64,000 nt of DNA, from the NCBI RefSeq assembly GCF_009914755.1, contig NC_060926.1, one strand, 5' to 3'. The position numbers and the translations under genes were made by a program. Below, in pieces: positions 25,316-38,092 of the stretch. Under the pieces are notes generated by a model. The model was given only the letters and a program-made list of their open reading frames with translations. It made no database searches and was not told the origin of the DNA. This DNA is from the human T2T-CHM13v2.0 reference genome, Homo sapiens. Position 1 is the first letter of the stretch. The number at the start of each line of letters is the position of its first letter.

Positions 25316-27079
25316 TTCATTGTTGATGTATAGCAGTGCTATTGATTTTGTAACCTGTGAATTTATTGAAATTATTTATGAAATCTAGGAGTCTTTTGGG
25401 AGAGTCATTATAGTTTTCTAGATATACAATCATATCTTTGGCAAACAGTGATTGCTTGCTTTTCTCTTTTCTAATTTGGATGCCCTTTATTTCTTTTTCT
25501 TGCTTGATTGCTCTGTGTAAGACTTCCAGTACTATGTTAAATAGAAGAAGTGAAAGCAGGCATTCTTGTTTTGTTCTAATTCTTAGGGGTAATGCTTTCA
25601 CCTTTTCTCTATTCAGTATGATGTTGGCTGTGGGTCTGTCATATATGGCTTTTATTGTTTTGACATATGTTCCTTCTATGCCTGCCTACAGTGTTAAGAG
25701 ATTTTATGATAATGGTATGATGGGTTTTACTGAATGCTTTTTCTGTGTCTATTGAGCTGATCATATGTTTTTTTTTTAATTTGGTTTTTGTGATGAATTA
25801 CATTTACTGATTTGCATATGGTAAACCATCTTTGCATCCCTGGGGTTAAACTCACTTGATCATAGTGTGATATATTTTGTGTTCTGTTTGTTGAAGATTT
25901 TTGCACCAATATTCATCAAGGATGTTGGCCTGTAGTTTTTATTTTGTTATTTCCTTTCCTGGTTTTGGTAGTAGGGTGATACTGACTTCACAGAATGAGT
26001 TAGAATGGGTTCCCTCTTTCTCAGTCTTTTGGAATAGTTTCAGTAGGATTGGTACGAATTCTTATTTGAATGTCTGGTAGAATTTGGCTGGAATTCATCT
26101 GGCCCTGGTCTTTATTGTTGGCATTTTTTATACTGATTTAACCTCATTGCTTGTTACTGGCTGTTCAGGATTTTTGCTTCTTCCTGATTCAAGCTAGGAG
26201 GGTTGTGTCTTTCCAAGAATGTATCTATTTTCTTTAGACTTTCTAGTTTATGTGCATAGAAGTCTTTATAGTAATCTCAAATGATATAAAGTCTCAAAAA
26301 GAACTTTATTCAGTTCTTCTCTGACTTTGTTATTTATTTTCTTCCGCTAGCTTTGGATTTTGTTTGTTCATGTTTCTCTAGTTCCTTGAGGTATGACATT
26401 AGGTTTTCAATTTCTGATTTTTCAGACTTTCTGATGTAGGTACTTAGCACTATTAACTTTCCTCTTAGCACTGCTTTTGCTGTACACCAAAGAGATTGAT
26501 AACTTATGACACTATAGTCAATCATTTTGAAGAAGTTTTACATTTTCATCTTGATTTCATTTTTAGTCCAAAAATCATTCAGGAGCAGATTGTTTAATTT
26601 CCATGTATTTGTATAGTTTTAGGAGTTCCTTTTGGAGTTGATTCCTGTCTTTATTCCACTGTGCACTGAGAAGATACTTGACATAATTTTGATATTTAAA
26701 AATGTATTAAGACTTCTGTAGCCTATTATATGGTCTATCTTGGGGAATGTTCCATGTGCTGATGAGAAGAACATATATTCTGCAATTCTAGGGAAGAATA
26801 TCTGTAAACATCTATTAGGTCCTTTTGGTCTAGATTGCAGTTTAAGTCCAGTGTTTCTTTTTTTTTTTACTTTCTGCCTTGATAATCTGTCTGGTGCTGT
26901 TAGTGAAGTGTTGAAGTACCCCACAATTACTGTGTTCCTGTTTTTCTCTTGTCTTAGGTCTAATAGAAATTGTTGTATAGATTTGGAAGCTTCAGAGTTA
27001 GGTGCATATGTATTTATGACTGTAATATCTTGTCATTCTATTAAGCCTTTATTATTATACAATAACCTTCTTTGTCTTT

Positions 27080-27459
27080 TGTATGAGTTTGTTCTCACAT
27101 TGTTATAAAGAACTACCTGAAACTGAGTAATTTATGAAGAAAAGATGTTTAATTAACTCACAGCTCCACAGACTGTTTAGAAAGCATGGCTCGGGAGACC
27201 TTAGAAAACTTACAATCATGATGGAAGGCAAAGAGGAAGGAGGCACATCTTCACACAGTGGAGCAGGAGAGAGTGTGAAGGGGGAAGTGCTACACTTTTA
27301 AACAACCAGATGTCAGGTTAATTCACTCACTATCATGAGAACAGCAAGGTGGAAGTTCGCCTCCATGATTCCATTACCTCCAACCAGGCCCCTCCTTCAA
27401 CACTGAGGATTACAATTAGACATGAGATTTGTGTGGGGACGCAGAGCCAAACCATATCA
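27080..27459 (-). mobile_element. THE1D/MSTA-like solo LTR
   Basis: TG...CA termini ending CCAAACCATATCA; 5-bp TSD TCTTT on both sides. Confidence 0.92.
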
Positions 27460-28060
27460 TCTTTTCTTTTTGCTATTGTTGCTTTAAGGCTGTTTCATCT
27501 GACACAAGGATAGCTACTTCTACATGCTTTTGCCTCCCATTTGGGTTGAAAATTTTTTTTTATCATCCCTTTACCTTAAGTGTATAAGAATCCTTACATG
27601 TTAGATGAGTTTCATAAAGACAGCAGAAATTTGGTTGGTAATTTTTTTAACCATTCTGCAAATCTGTGTCTTTTAGGTGGAGTAGATTATTTATATTCAA
27701 TAATAATACAGAGGTGAGAGATACTGTTCCAGTTATGTTGATTGTTACCTAGATACTTTGTTTTCTTCATTGTCTTACTGATCCTGTGAGGATTATGCTT
27801 TCAAGTATTCTATTTTGGTGCGTATTGAATTTTTGTTTCAATATTTAGAACTCATTTTAGCATTTATTTTAGGGCTCGTTTGGAAGTGATGAATTATCCT
27901 CAGCATTTTCTTATTAAAAAAAAAACTTTATTTCTCCTTCATTTATGAAACTTAGTTTTGCTGTATACAAAATTATTGACTGACAATTATTCTGTATAAG
28001 GAGGCTAAAGCTAGGACCCCAATCCCTTCTGGTTTGTAAGGTTTCTGCTAAGAAGTCTGT

Positions 28061-28114
28061 TGTTAGTCTGATAGGTTTTCCTTTGTGTGCTGTTAGTCTG
28101 ATAGGTTTTCCTTT
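28061..28114. repeat. 30-bp period tandem duplication inside L1 ORF1
   Basis: TGTTAGTCTGATAGGTTTTCCTTT at 28061-28084 and 28091-28114. Confidence 0.95.
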
Positions 28115-31100
28115 ACAGAACACCTGATGCTTACTGCTCTTAAAATTCTTTCCTTTACATTGACTTTAGCTAGCCTGATGATTATTTGCCTTGGTGGTGT
28201 TATTTTTGCAATGAATCTTCCAGGAATTATTTGAGCTTCTTGTATTTGGATATCTACATCTCTAGCAAAGCCAGGGAAGTTTTTTTTCACTATCCCTCAA
28301 ATATATTTTCCAAACTTTTTGCTTACTCTTCTCACTCAGGAGCACTAATGATGCTTAGGTTTGACTTTTTTATACAATCTTGTATTTCTCTTAGAGCCAT
28401 TGTTCAATTCTTTTAATTTTTTTTGTTTATTTTTATTTGATTGGGCTAATTTGAAAGTCTTGGCTTTGAGCTCTGAAACTCTCTCTTCTACTTGGTGTAG
28501 TTTATTGTTTAAACTTTCTGTTGCATTTTGTAATTCTGTAAATGTGTCTTTCATTTCCTGGAGATCTGGTTGTTTTTTCTTCAAAATATCTATCTCTTTG
28601 GAAAATATTTCATTCATTGGTTTTTGAAACTGGTTTTTGAAATTTTTATGTATGTGCATTTTTTAATCTTTATGTTGTATTTCCTTGAGTAGCTTAATAA
28701 TTAACCTTTTGAATTCTTTATCTGGCATTTCATCTTGGTTTGGATCAATTGCTGGAGAGCTGGTGTGATATTTTGGAGGTATGATAGTACCTTGTTTTGT
28801 CATGTTGCTAAAATTATCTTTCTGATTCCTTCTCATTTGGATAAACAATTTCTTCTAATTATTTTAATATTAATTTTTTGTTCAACAGTGTTTTTTAATT
28901 TCTTTTTTTCCTTGAGAGTGTGACTTTAATGCTTTTAGTTTATTGTAGCCTAATTTGGCTCTTGGTGCTTCCAGTGGTAAAGTTTCTGTATGACTTTCTT
29001 TGTTGTAAAGAGTCTTTGTATGATGGCTTTCTCAGATGCTGGTTATGGTAGCAATGTGCTCAGTGTGTGAGCAGGTTCATCATCTCCTGCAGGGTTTGAA
29101 TGACAGAGGTCTCTTGAAGCTTATCTTTTTCCCCAGTGGTGTACACTTTTTATTTATTTATTTTTTCCTAGTATTTTATTTACCAGGTTGAATAGTTCAG
29201 GCTTCAGACCAGTAGTGTTGTCCATGAGTAAACACCAGCTGTGGCTAAAACAGGTGGGTAAATGCAATACCCAGTGATGGGCAGAGGTCCCAGCCCTGAC
29301 AGAGGCAGCTGGGGGAGCTCTCAATGAAATACACTGAGGTCTTTTCAGGGGAATGGGAGGGAGCCACCTCAGCTCCTCTTCCAGGCCAGCAGGAAAGCAA
29401 TCCACCTCCCAGTCACACTCCTAACCTAGTGTTCCAGGAATTCAGATCAGGCAGCCATCTTTCATCTGAAGGAATGTTGATTTTTAATGTAGAAAAGGAT
29501 GGGGACTCTACCCCTTGTGCAAACCTGAACCTGGAGAACACTTTTCCTGTGGAGATGCAGTCACCCTGAAGTGTTCTAGAAAGGCTGACTACTGACTACA
29601 GGTACACCCAAACTGAGCTGTCATGGAAGAAGCCCCAGCTGTGATTGCAGTAGTGGATGAGGGGGACTAGGAGTCCCCTTCTCCAATATTTTTCATGAGC
29701 ACCAGTGCTGCCTGACGGGTAGAATAGAACTTCAGACTTTCCCCTCTGAGCCCAGCACCACCGCTTTGGCTTTGCTAAAAGAAACTTCCACAAATGGAAA
29801 GTTCTAGGGCTCAAGCCCTGCCATCTGAATTCTTTTGTCCCACAGGGTTCTCCCTTGATGTGGTGCACTTCCCTTTCCCATAGGAATAGGAGTCCCTGAG
29901 GGCCAGGCTACTGTGGATCCTGCTGCTTCTCTGGGTCTATCCCCCCAGTGGGTTTGCTGCACTCCAGGTTCTCGCTGGGGATGTTGGCAAGGGATCCAGT
30001 GATATGACCTGTCCTCAAGTCTACTGGCAGAGGGTGCAAGCCCCAGCTCTGGCAGGGGAGTTACATAAATTCTGTGGGATTCCTTGGTTACAAATAGTCT
30101 TAGTGTGTTGGCTCTCTCAAATGCCGGTTGTAGTAGTAATGAACTGGTCACATGGACAGACTCAGGACCTCTTGGTTAGTTAGAGTGGTTCAGGCAATGG
30201 TGATAGCTGAGGATACACACAAGAATTTTTCTTCCTGGATGCTGCGTCATTTTGCCTGCAGATGTTATAATGGACTGTGTCAGTTGGCCTCCAGCCAGGA
30301 GGTGGCACTTACAAAAGAGCATCAGCTGTAGTGATAGTGGTGGTATTTGTGCTTGCCTTATGTTACCCGGGGGAGGTACTCTGATGTCTCAGGCAATGAC
30401 TGGGGCCACAGAGCTCCCCAAAGTTTCTGTCCTTTGTATTACACTACCAGCATGGATGGAAAAGTAAAACCAGATGGGGAGTGGGTCAGGCACGTCTGTA
30501 TTCTGGCTCTCCACATGAAGGTGCAAGCAGCGGGAATCAGAGGGCAATTTCCTGGCCACTGGGATAATGCTCCAGGTGGGAGAGCAGTTGTCTCTGCTGT
30601 ACAGAAGGGTCCACACAGGAAGTGGGGAGAAGTAGGTGGGAATAAGCCCTACCCAGCTTCCATGCACCTAGCAAAGCAGGTCTTACATTCATGGTGTTCC
30701 ACTAGCAAGAGCTAGCTAGACTCCAGGCAGTCTATGCTCAGAACTCAAAACAGCCCCAGTCCATAAGCCTTTCCTGCCAGGAAGGAAACTGTGACTTTCA
30801 GACCATGCCTCTCCCAGTCTGATTTCAAAGCTGGGGGGACCAGCACCTGTATTTGTGGCTGCAGCACACTTGCCATTCGTCCCTTGGTTCTGGCAAACCA
30901 GGTCCTTCCCCACTTTATATCATATAACGAATCTCAGTTGGGAGTTTCTCTCAACCTCAAAGAAGGACAATTTGACTTGCTCTTTTCCAATTTGGATGCC
31001 TTTTATTTCTTTCTCTTGCCTGATTGCTTTGCTTAGGACTCCCATTACTGTGTTAAATAGGAGTGGTGAGAGTGGACATCATTGTCTTGTTCCAGTTCTC

Positions 31101-31659
31101 AGTGGAAAGACTCAACTTTTCTTTATTCAGTATAATGTTAGCTGTGGTTTTGTCATATATGACCTTTACTATGTCATGTTCCTTTTATGACTAATTTGTT
31201 GAGAGTTTTTTATCATGAGACATGTTGAATTCTATCAAAGGCTTTTCCTCCATCTATTAAGATAATTATATGTTTTTTGTCCTTCATTCTGTTGATGTGA
31301 TGTATCACATTTATTGATTTGTGTGTGTTGACCAGCTTTGTAACCTGGCATAAACCCTAATCATCATCGTATATTTTCCTTTTGATGTGTTGTTGGGTTT
31401 AGTTTGCTAGTATTTTGTTGTATCTGTATTCAAGGATATTGACTTATAGCTTTCTTTTTTGGTTATGCCCTTGTCTGGTTTTGGCATCACAGTAATACTG
31501 GCCTCATAGAATGAGTTATGAAGAATTCCCTTATTTTTATTTTTTTGAAATAGTCTGAGAAGAACTGGTTTTAGTTCTTCTTTATAAGTTTTGTAGAATT
31601 CGGCAGAAAATCCATGTGGTCCTGTGCTTTTCTTTGTTGGTGGATGTTTCATTGCTAGT

Positions 31660-32027
31660 TGATATGGTTTGACCCTGTGTCCCCATCCAAATCTCATTTG
31701 TAGCTCCCCTAATTCCCACATGTTGTGGTAGGTACCCAGTGGGAGATAACTGAATCATGGGGGCGGGTCTTTCCCATGCTGTTCTCATGATAGTGAATAA
31801 TTCTCATGAGGTCTGATGGTTTTATAAGGTGGAGTTTCCCTGCACAAGCTCTCTCTTTGCCTGCCGCCATCCACATAAGATGTAACTTTCTCCTCCTTGC
31901 CTTCTGCCATGATTGTGAGGCTTCCCCAGCCATGTGGAACTGTGAGTTCTCCATTAAATCTTTTTCCTTTGTAAATTGCCCAGTCTTGGGTATGTCTTTA
32001 TCAGCACTGTGAAAAGGGACCAATACA
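31660..32027 (+). mobile_element. THE1A-like solo LTR
   Basis: TGATATGGTTTG...AATACA termini; degenerate TSD CTAGT / CTGAT. Confidence 0.93.
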
Positions 32028-32731
32028 CTGATTCAATCTTGTTACTCAGTATTAGACTGTTCAGGTTTTCTATTTCTTTTTGATTCAATTTTGGCAGGTT
32101 GTATGTATGAATTTATCCATTTCCCCTAAGTTTTCCAAATTTTTAGCATATAGTTGTTCATAATAGTTTCTAATGATTCTTTGTATTTCTGTGGAATCAG
32201 TGTAAATATGTCTTTTTTTGTTTCTAATTTTATTTATTTGACTTTATTCCTTGGTTCAGCTAGCTTGCAGTTTCTGGTTTTATTTATCTTTAAAAAAAAA
32301 CTTTTCGTTTTATTGATTATTTGCTTTTTTTTTTTTTTTTTTTTTAGTCTGTATTCATTTAGTTATTGTCTGATTTTTATCATTTCTTTTCTTCTACTAA
32401 TTTTGGGTTTGATTTGTTCATGCTGTTTAAGTTCCTTGAGGTGTGTGGTTACGTTATTTATAATGAAATCTTTCCACCTTTTTGATGTAGGCATTTATTG
32501 CTATAAATTTGCCTTTTAGCACTACTTTTTTTTTATATCCCATGAATTGTGGTAAATCTTGTTTCAATTTTTATTTGTTTCTAGGAAATTTTTTGATTGA
32601 TTTCTTAAATTTTCTATTGAGTCAACGTTCACTCAAGAGCATCTTGTTTAATTTCTACATGATTGTTCAGTTTCCCAAGATCCTCTTGTTATTGATTTCT
32701 AGTTTTATTCCATTGTGGTCTGAGAATATAC

Positions 32732-33024
32732 TTTTTTTTTTTTTTTGAGACAGGGTCTCATTCTGTTGCCCAGGTTAGAGTGCAGTGTTGCGATCTCAGC
32801 TCACTGCAGCCTCTGCCTTCCCAGGTTCATGCGATTCTCCAGCCTCAGCCCCCCAGGTATTCGGGACTGCAGGCATGTGCTACCATGCCCAGCTAATTTT
32901 TGTATTTCTGTAGAGATTTTACCATGTTCCCCAGGCTGGTCTCAAACTCCTGAACTGCAAGCCATCTGCCCATCTAGGTCTTCTGAAATGCTGGGATTAC
33001 AGGCATGAGCCACTGTGCACAGCC
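32732..33024 (-). mobile_element. Alu (old, J/Sz-like)
   Basis: Poly-T then antisense Alu; TSD CTGAGAATATAC / CTGAGAAGATAC. Confidence 0.95.
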
Positions 33025-33895
33025 CTGAGAAGATACTTGATATTACTTTGATTTCTAAAAATTTGTGAAACTTGTTGTTTTACCTACTATATGGTCTAGG
33101 CTGTAGAATTTTTCATGTCCTAATGAGAATAATATATATTCTGTAGTTGTTAGATAAACTGTTCTATAAGTGTCTGTTAGGTTTATTTTGTCTCTAGTGC
33201 AAGTTAAATCTGATGTTTCTTTGCTGATTTTCTGTCTAAATAATCTGTCTAATGCTGAAAGTGGGTATTAAAGTCCCTATCTATTATTGTTTTAAGGTCT
33301 CTCTCTCTCCCTTTTTAGCTGTATTATAATACTATGTGCTTTGTATGTTTGGGTACTCCAGTGCTGGGCACATATACATTTATAATTGCTATACCCTCTT
33401 GCCAAATTGATCAGTTTATCATTATATCATGGCCTACTTTGTCTCTTTTTATGTTTTTTGACTTAAAGCCTATTTTGTCTGAAATAACTATTGTTTCTTC
33501 TGTACACTTTTGGTTTGTGTTTGTGTAGAATACTTTTTTTTCCATCCCCTCACCTTCAGTCTATGTGCATCTCTACAGAAGAAGTTGGGTTTATTGTAGG
33601 CAGCATATAACATGGTCTTTTTTTAATCACGCCATTCAGAAACTGTATTTTTTTAACTTTGGAATTTAAACTGTTTGCATTCAGTATTGTTATTGGTTGG
33701 TGAGGTCTTGCTTCTGTTATTTTGTTAATTTTTGCAATTGTTTTCCATTCCTTTTCATCTTTCTTCCATTTTTTATTGTTTACCTTTATAATTTAGTATT
33801 CTTTTGTACTGATAATGATTGGCTTTTTTTCTTTCTTATTTGTGTATCTGCTCTAGCAGTGAATTCATATTTTTGTGTGTTTTCACAATGGCAGA

Positions 33896-36164
33896 TGTAT
33901 TAGTCTGTTCTGACTATGCTGATAAAGAAATAGCTGAAACTGGGTAAATTATAAAGATAATAAAGAAAAAGAGGTTTAGTGGACTCACAGTTCCACATGG
34001 CTGGGGATGTCTCACAATCATGGTAGAAGGTGAAAGGCATGCCTTACACTGCAGCAGGCAAGAAAAAATGAGAGCCAAGAGAAAGAGGAAACCTCTTATA
34101 AAATTATCAGATCTTGTGAGACTTTTTCACTACCATTAGAACAGTATGGGGGAAACCACACCCATGATTCAATTATCTTCCACCAGGTCCCTCCCACAAC
34201 ATGTGGGAATTATGGGAGCTGCAATTCAACATGAGATATGGGTGTGGACACAGCCAAACCACCATATCATTCCACCCTTGGCCCCTCCCAAATCTCTTGT
34301 CCTCACATTTCAAAACCAATCATGCCTTCCCAAAAGTCTTCTGGAATCTTAACTCATTTCAGCATGAACTCAAAAGTCCACAGTCTAAAGTCTCATCTGA
34401 GACAAAGAAAGTCCCTTCTGCCTATGAGCCTGTAAAATCAAAAGTAAGTTAGTTACTTCCTAGATACAATGGAAGTACATAAATTGGATAAATACTCCCA
34501 TTCTAATTGGGAGAAATTGGCCAAAACAAAGGAGCTTAAGGCCCCATCCAAGTCCAAAATCCAGCAGGACAGTGAAATCTTAAAGCTCCAAAATGATCTC
34601 CTTTGACTCCATATCTCACATCCAGGTCACGCTGATGCAAGAGGTGGGTTTCAATGGTCTTGAGCAGCTCTGCCCTGTGGCTTTGCCGGGTACAGCCTCC
34701 TACCTGGTGGCTTTCACAGGCTGGTATTGAGTGTCTGTGGCTTTTCCAGGTGCACAGTGCAAGCTGTCAGTGGATCTACCATTCTGAGGTCTGGGAGACA
34801 GTGGCTCTCTTCTCATAGCTCCACTAGGTGGTGTTCCATTAGGGACTCTGTATGGGGGCTCTGAACCCCCACCACATTTCCCTTCTGCACTGTCCTATCA
34901 GAGGTTCTCTATGAGGGCCTCACCCCTGTAGCAAGCTTCTTCCTGGGCACCCAGGTGTTTCCTGAAATCTTGGTGGAGGTTCCCAAACCTCAGCTCTTGA
35001 CTTCTGTGCACTCACAGGCTCAACACCACGTGGAATCTGCCAGGGCTTGGGGCTTGAACCCTCTGAAGCCACAGCCTGAGCTGTATCTTGGCCCCTTTTA
35101 GCAATGGCTGGAGCAGCTGGGACACGGGGCATCAAGTCCCTAGACTGCACAGAGCACAGGGCCCTTGGCCTGGATGGGAGGGGCTGCCACAAATGTCTCT
35201 GACACGCCCTGGAGACATTTTCCCCATTGTATTGGTGATTAACATTTGGCTCCTTGTTACCATGCAAATTTCTGTAGCAGGCTGGAATTTCTCCCCAGAA
35301 AATGGGTTTTTCTTTTCCATTGCATCATTAGGCTGCAAATTTTCCAAACTTCTATGCTCTGCTTTCTTTTTAAAACTGAATCCTTTTAACAGCACCCGAG
35401 TCACCTCTTGAATGCTTTGCTGCTTAGAAATTTCTTCTGTCAGATACCCTAAATCATCTCCCTCAAGTTCAAAGTTCCATAGATCTCTAGGACAGAGGCA
35501 AAATGCAACCAGTCTCTTTGCTGAAACATAACAAGAGTCACCTTTACTCAAGTTCCCAACAAGTTCCTCTTCTCCATCTGAGACCCCCTCTGCCTGGATT
35601 TCATTGTCCCATATCACTATCGGCATTTTGGTCAAAGCCATTCAACAAGCCTCTAGGAAGTTCCAAACCTTCCCACATTTCCCTGTCTTCTTCTGAGCCC
35701 TCCAAATTGTACTAAGCTCTGACTGTTACATAGTTTCAAAGTCTCTTCCACATTTTTGAGTATCTTTACAGCAGTGCCCCACTCCCAGTACCAATTTAAT
35801 GTATGTCTGTTCTCACACTGTTGATAAAGACGTACTCGAAACTGGGTGATTAATAAAAAAAAAAAGAAGTGTAATGGACTCACAGTTCTACATGGCTGGG
35901 GAGTCCTCACAATCCTGGCAGAAGGCGAAAGGTATGTATTACATGGTGGCAGGCAAGAGAGAATGAGAGCCAAGTGAGAGGGGAAACACCTTATAAAACC
36001 ATCAGATCTGGTGAAACTTACTACCACAAGAGCAGTATGGGAGAAACTGCCCCCACGATTCAATTATCTCCCACCGGGTCCCTCCCACAACATGTGGGAA
36101 TTATGGGAGCTACAATTCAAGATGAGATAGGGTAGTCGGTGTGGGGCACAGCCAAACCATATCA
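33896..36164 (-). mobile_element. Complete THE1 (THE1B-like) MaLR: LTR 33896-34269, internal 34270-35799, LTR 35800-36164
   Basis: Two LTRs around a ~1.5-kb THE1 internal region; perfect 5-bp TSD GCAGA (33891-33895 and 36165-36169). Confidence 0.95.
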
Positions 36165-36303
36165 GCAGATTTTGTGTTTTTGCTTCCAGATGTAGGACTC
36201 CCCTAAGCATTTCTTGCAGGGTTGGTCTAGTGGGAATGAGTTATCTTTTTTTGCTTGTTTAGGAACAACTTTATTTCCCTTTCACTTTTAAAGTATAGCT
36301 TTG

Positions 36304-36307
<4 letters not shown>

Positions 36308-36346
<39 letters not shown>
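36308..36346. repeat. (TG)19 microsatellite
   Basis: Direct read. Confidence 0.97.
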
Positions 36347-36348
<2 letters not shown>

Positions 36349-37899
36349 GTTCTCTATGCCTTTACCCATTTCTTATTCTGGAACACCCAAAATTTAAATA
36401 TTTGGCCACTTTTTGGTGTCCCATATGTCTTGCATTCTCTTTTCATTCTTTCTTATTCTTTTATTTTTATTTTTTGTCTGACTGAGTTATTTCAAGAGAC
36501 CTGTCTTCAAGTTCAAAAATTTCTTCTGCTTAATGCAGTGTATTGTGCTTGATGCTCTTGATTGTATTTTAAAATGTTTCATTTATTGTATTCTTCAGTT
36601 CCAGGACTTTTTGTGTGTGTGTTTTTAAATGATTTCTATATCTGCTGAACTTTTCAATCAAGTTATAATTTTCTTTCCAATTTATTTGTAGTGTTTACCC
36701 ATGTTCTCTTTATTTTACCAATTTTTAATATCATTATTTTGATATTTTTAGGCATTTCATAGATTTCCTTTTCTTTGAGATCTGTTACTGGAGAATTATT
36801 GTGTTTCTTTGGAGGTGTCATGTTTTCTTGCTTTTTATTTTTTGTGTCTTTATGTTGATATCTGCACAACTGGTGTACCAGTCATTTTGTCCAATGTTAC
36901 GTATTGGATGAAAATCTTTCATAAGGAATTTTTTTTATAAAGATACATCTACAATGTGCATTGGGCAGGGTGCTTTCACTTGTACTCTGGGTGGGTGTAG
37001 AAGTGTGGTCTCTGCATGATTTCTTTAACTGTGATCAACATCAGTGATGTCTGTGAATTCCTCAGTGGCTTAGGTGGCAGTTGTTATTGGAGGCTGTGGC
37101 AAGACTTTCCTGTGGACAGGGGCTCCAGGAGGGCTGGTCCTTGGGCACCAGTGATGTCATTGGTGGGTTGGGGGTGCCAGTCCTTGGGCCCCTGGGTGGT
37201 GTGCATGGCATTGGTAGTGGCAGTGGTGGTGGTGGGCCAACCCATGGCTCCCATGTGCCTTGCACAGATGCCTGTGGTGGATGGCTTGTGGGTGGGCTGG
37301 TATCAAAGTCAGCTAAAGGTACATTCAGGTATGTGATCACCCTGCCACTGGAGGAGATTGTGTTGCTGTCAGTGGCAGTGGTCCCTGGCAGTCAGCTCTC
37401 AGACTCTGGGGAGTACACACTTCCTTTGTCCCCAAGGCAGCCTCCTGCTGCACTGCACCACCCATTTTCCAGAGTGTAGGACACTGTGTGGGTTAGAGTG
37501 CTGTTGCTCCAGATGCGCCACTGTGTCCAGCCAGCATTGCAATGCTGCAGCCCTCTGGGTGGATGTAGGGGAATGTCAGTGGGGCTTAAGGTTTGTGGAG
37601 GTGCAGGTGCTGTTGGTCCCCAGGGCGGGATGTAGTCTGGTGTGGACTGGGCTCTCAGAATGGCATCATGTTGCAGTTATTTGGGTCTTGGGGGTGTTTG
37701 GCATCCAGTGCAAAGTCTCTCCCTGAGACAATGCCATCACATAGACTGCAGGCAGCTTTCTATACCAGTCTAAGGGCCCACGAGGGCCAAGGGGCTCACC
37801 TACGGCTAGGGTTGAAAGAGTCCTTGGTGCGAACGTGAACCACTAGGGATCTCTTGCTTACCACTTTTCCACAGTGGGGAGCTCCTTCTCTACATTTTT

Positions 37900-37942
37900 A
37901 AAATATAAAACTGTTCTAAAAAATAAAATCAATTTTTTAAAA
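37900..37942 (+). mobile_element. L1MC terminal 3' piece (continuation of 23745-24180)
   Basis: TAAAACTGTTCTAAAAAATAAAATC matches the recalled L1MC terminus CTAAAACTGCTCTAAAAAATAAAGTC. Confidence 0.7.
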
Positions 37943-38008
37943 GGCAAGGTCATGGAGATGAGTTTACCGGAGTCAGACCTTTAATCTGGTAAGATTTAAA
38001 TAAGTGGA

Positions 38009-38092
38009 GCTCAGAGACAGAATCCCCATCCCACGATCGCCGGGACCTGGCTCAGAGACAGAATCCCCATCCCACGATCGCCGGGACCTGGC
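38009..38092. repeat. Perfect 41-bp tandem duplication
   Basis: GCTCAGAGACAGAATCCCCATCCCACGATCGCCGGGACCTG x2 with no mismatch. Confidence 0.98.

Larger units (their letters stand above)
25316..30957 (-). mobile_element. L1PB/L1PBa-type LINE, 5' half (5'UTR, ORF1, ORF2 EN to RT), decayed
   Basis: RT peptide [10 protein letters not shown]...[13 protein letters not shown] (25317-25601), EN peptide FFSSAHGTFPKIDHII (26619-26924), ORF1 peptides KGKPIRLTTD and DIQIQEAQ (27914-28848), then a long GC-richer 5'UTR; many stops and frameshifts. Confidence 0.85.
30958..37888 (-). mobile_element. L1MA-type LINE remainder (ORF2 N-half, ORF1 remnants, 5'UTR), interrupted by THE1 elements and an Alu
   Basis: ORF2 peptide [31 protein letters not shown]...[16 protein letters not shown] (31407-31660) and ORF1 start KQENMTPPKKHNNSPVTD (36663-36869). 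Confidence 0.85.

Noticed and set aside
31915-35910. PRDM9 hotspot motif CCTCCCTNNCCAC in the THE1 LTRs
   Set aside because: The equivalent positions read CTTCCCCAGCCAT, CATCCCCAGCCAT and ACTCCCCAGCCAT, and none matches the hot motif
24351-36869. Reverse transcriptase, endonuclease and ORF1 peptides as an active or domesticated gene
   Set aside because: Fragmented by stops, frameshifts, deletions and insertions; the catalytic FADD motif reads FAKD
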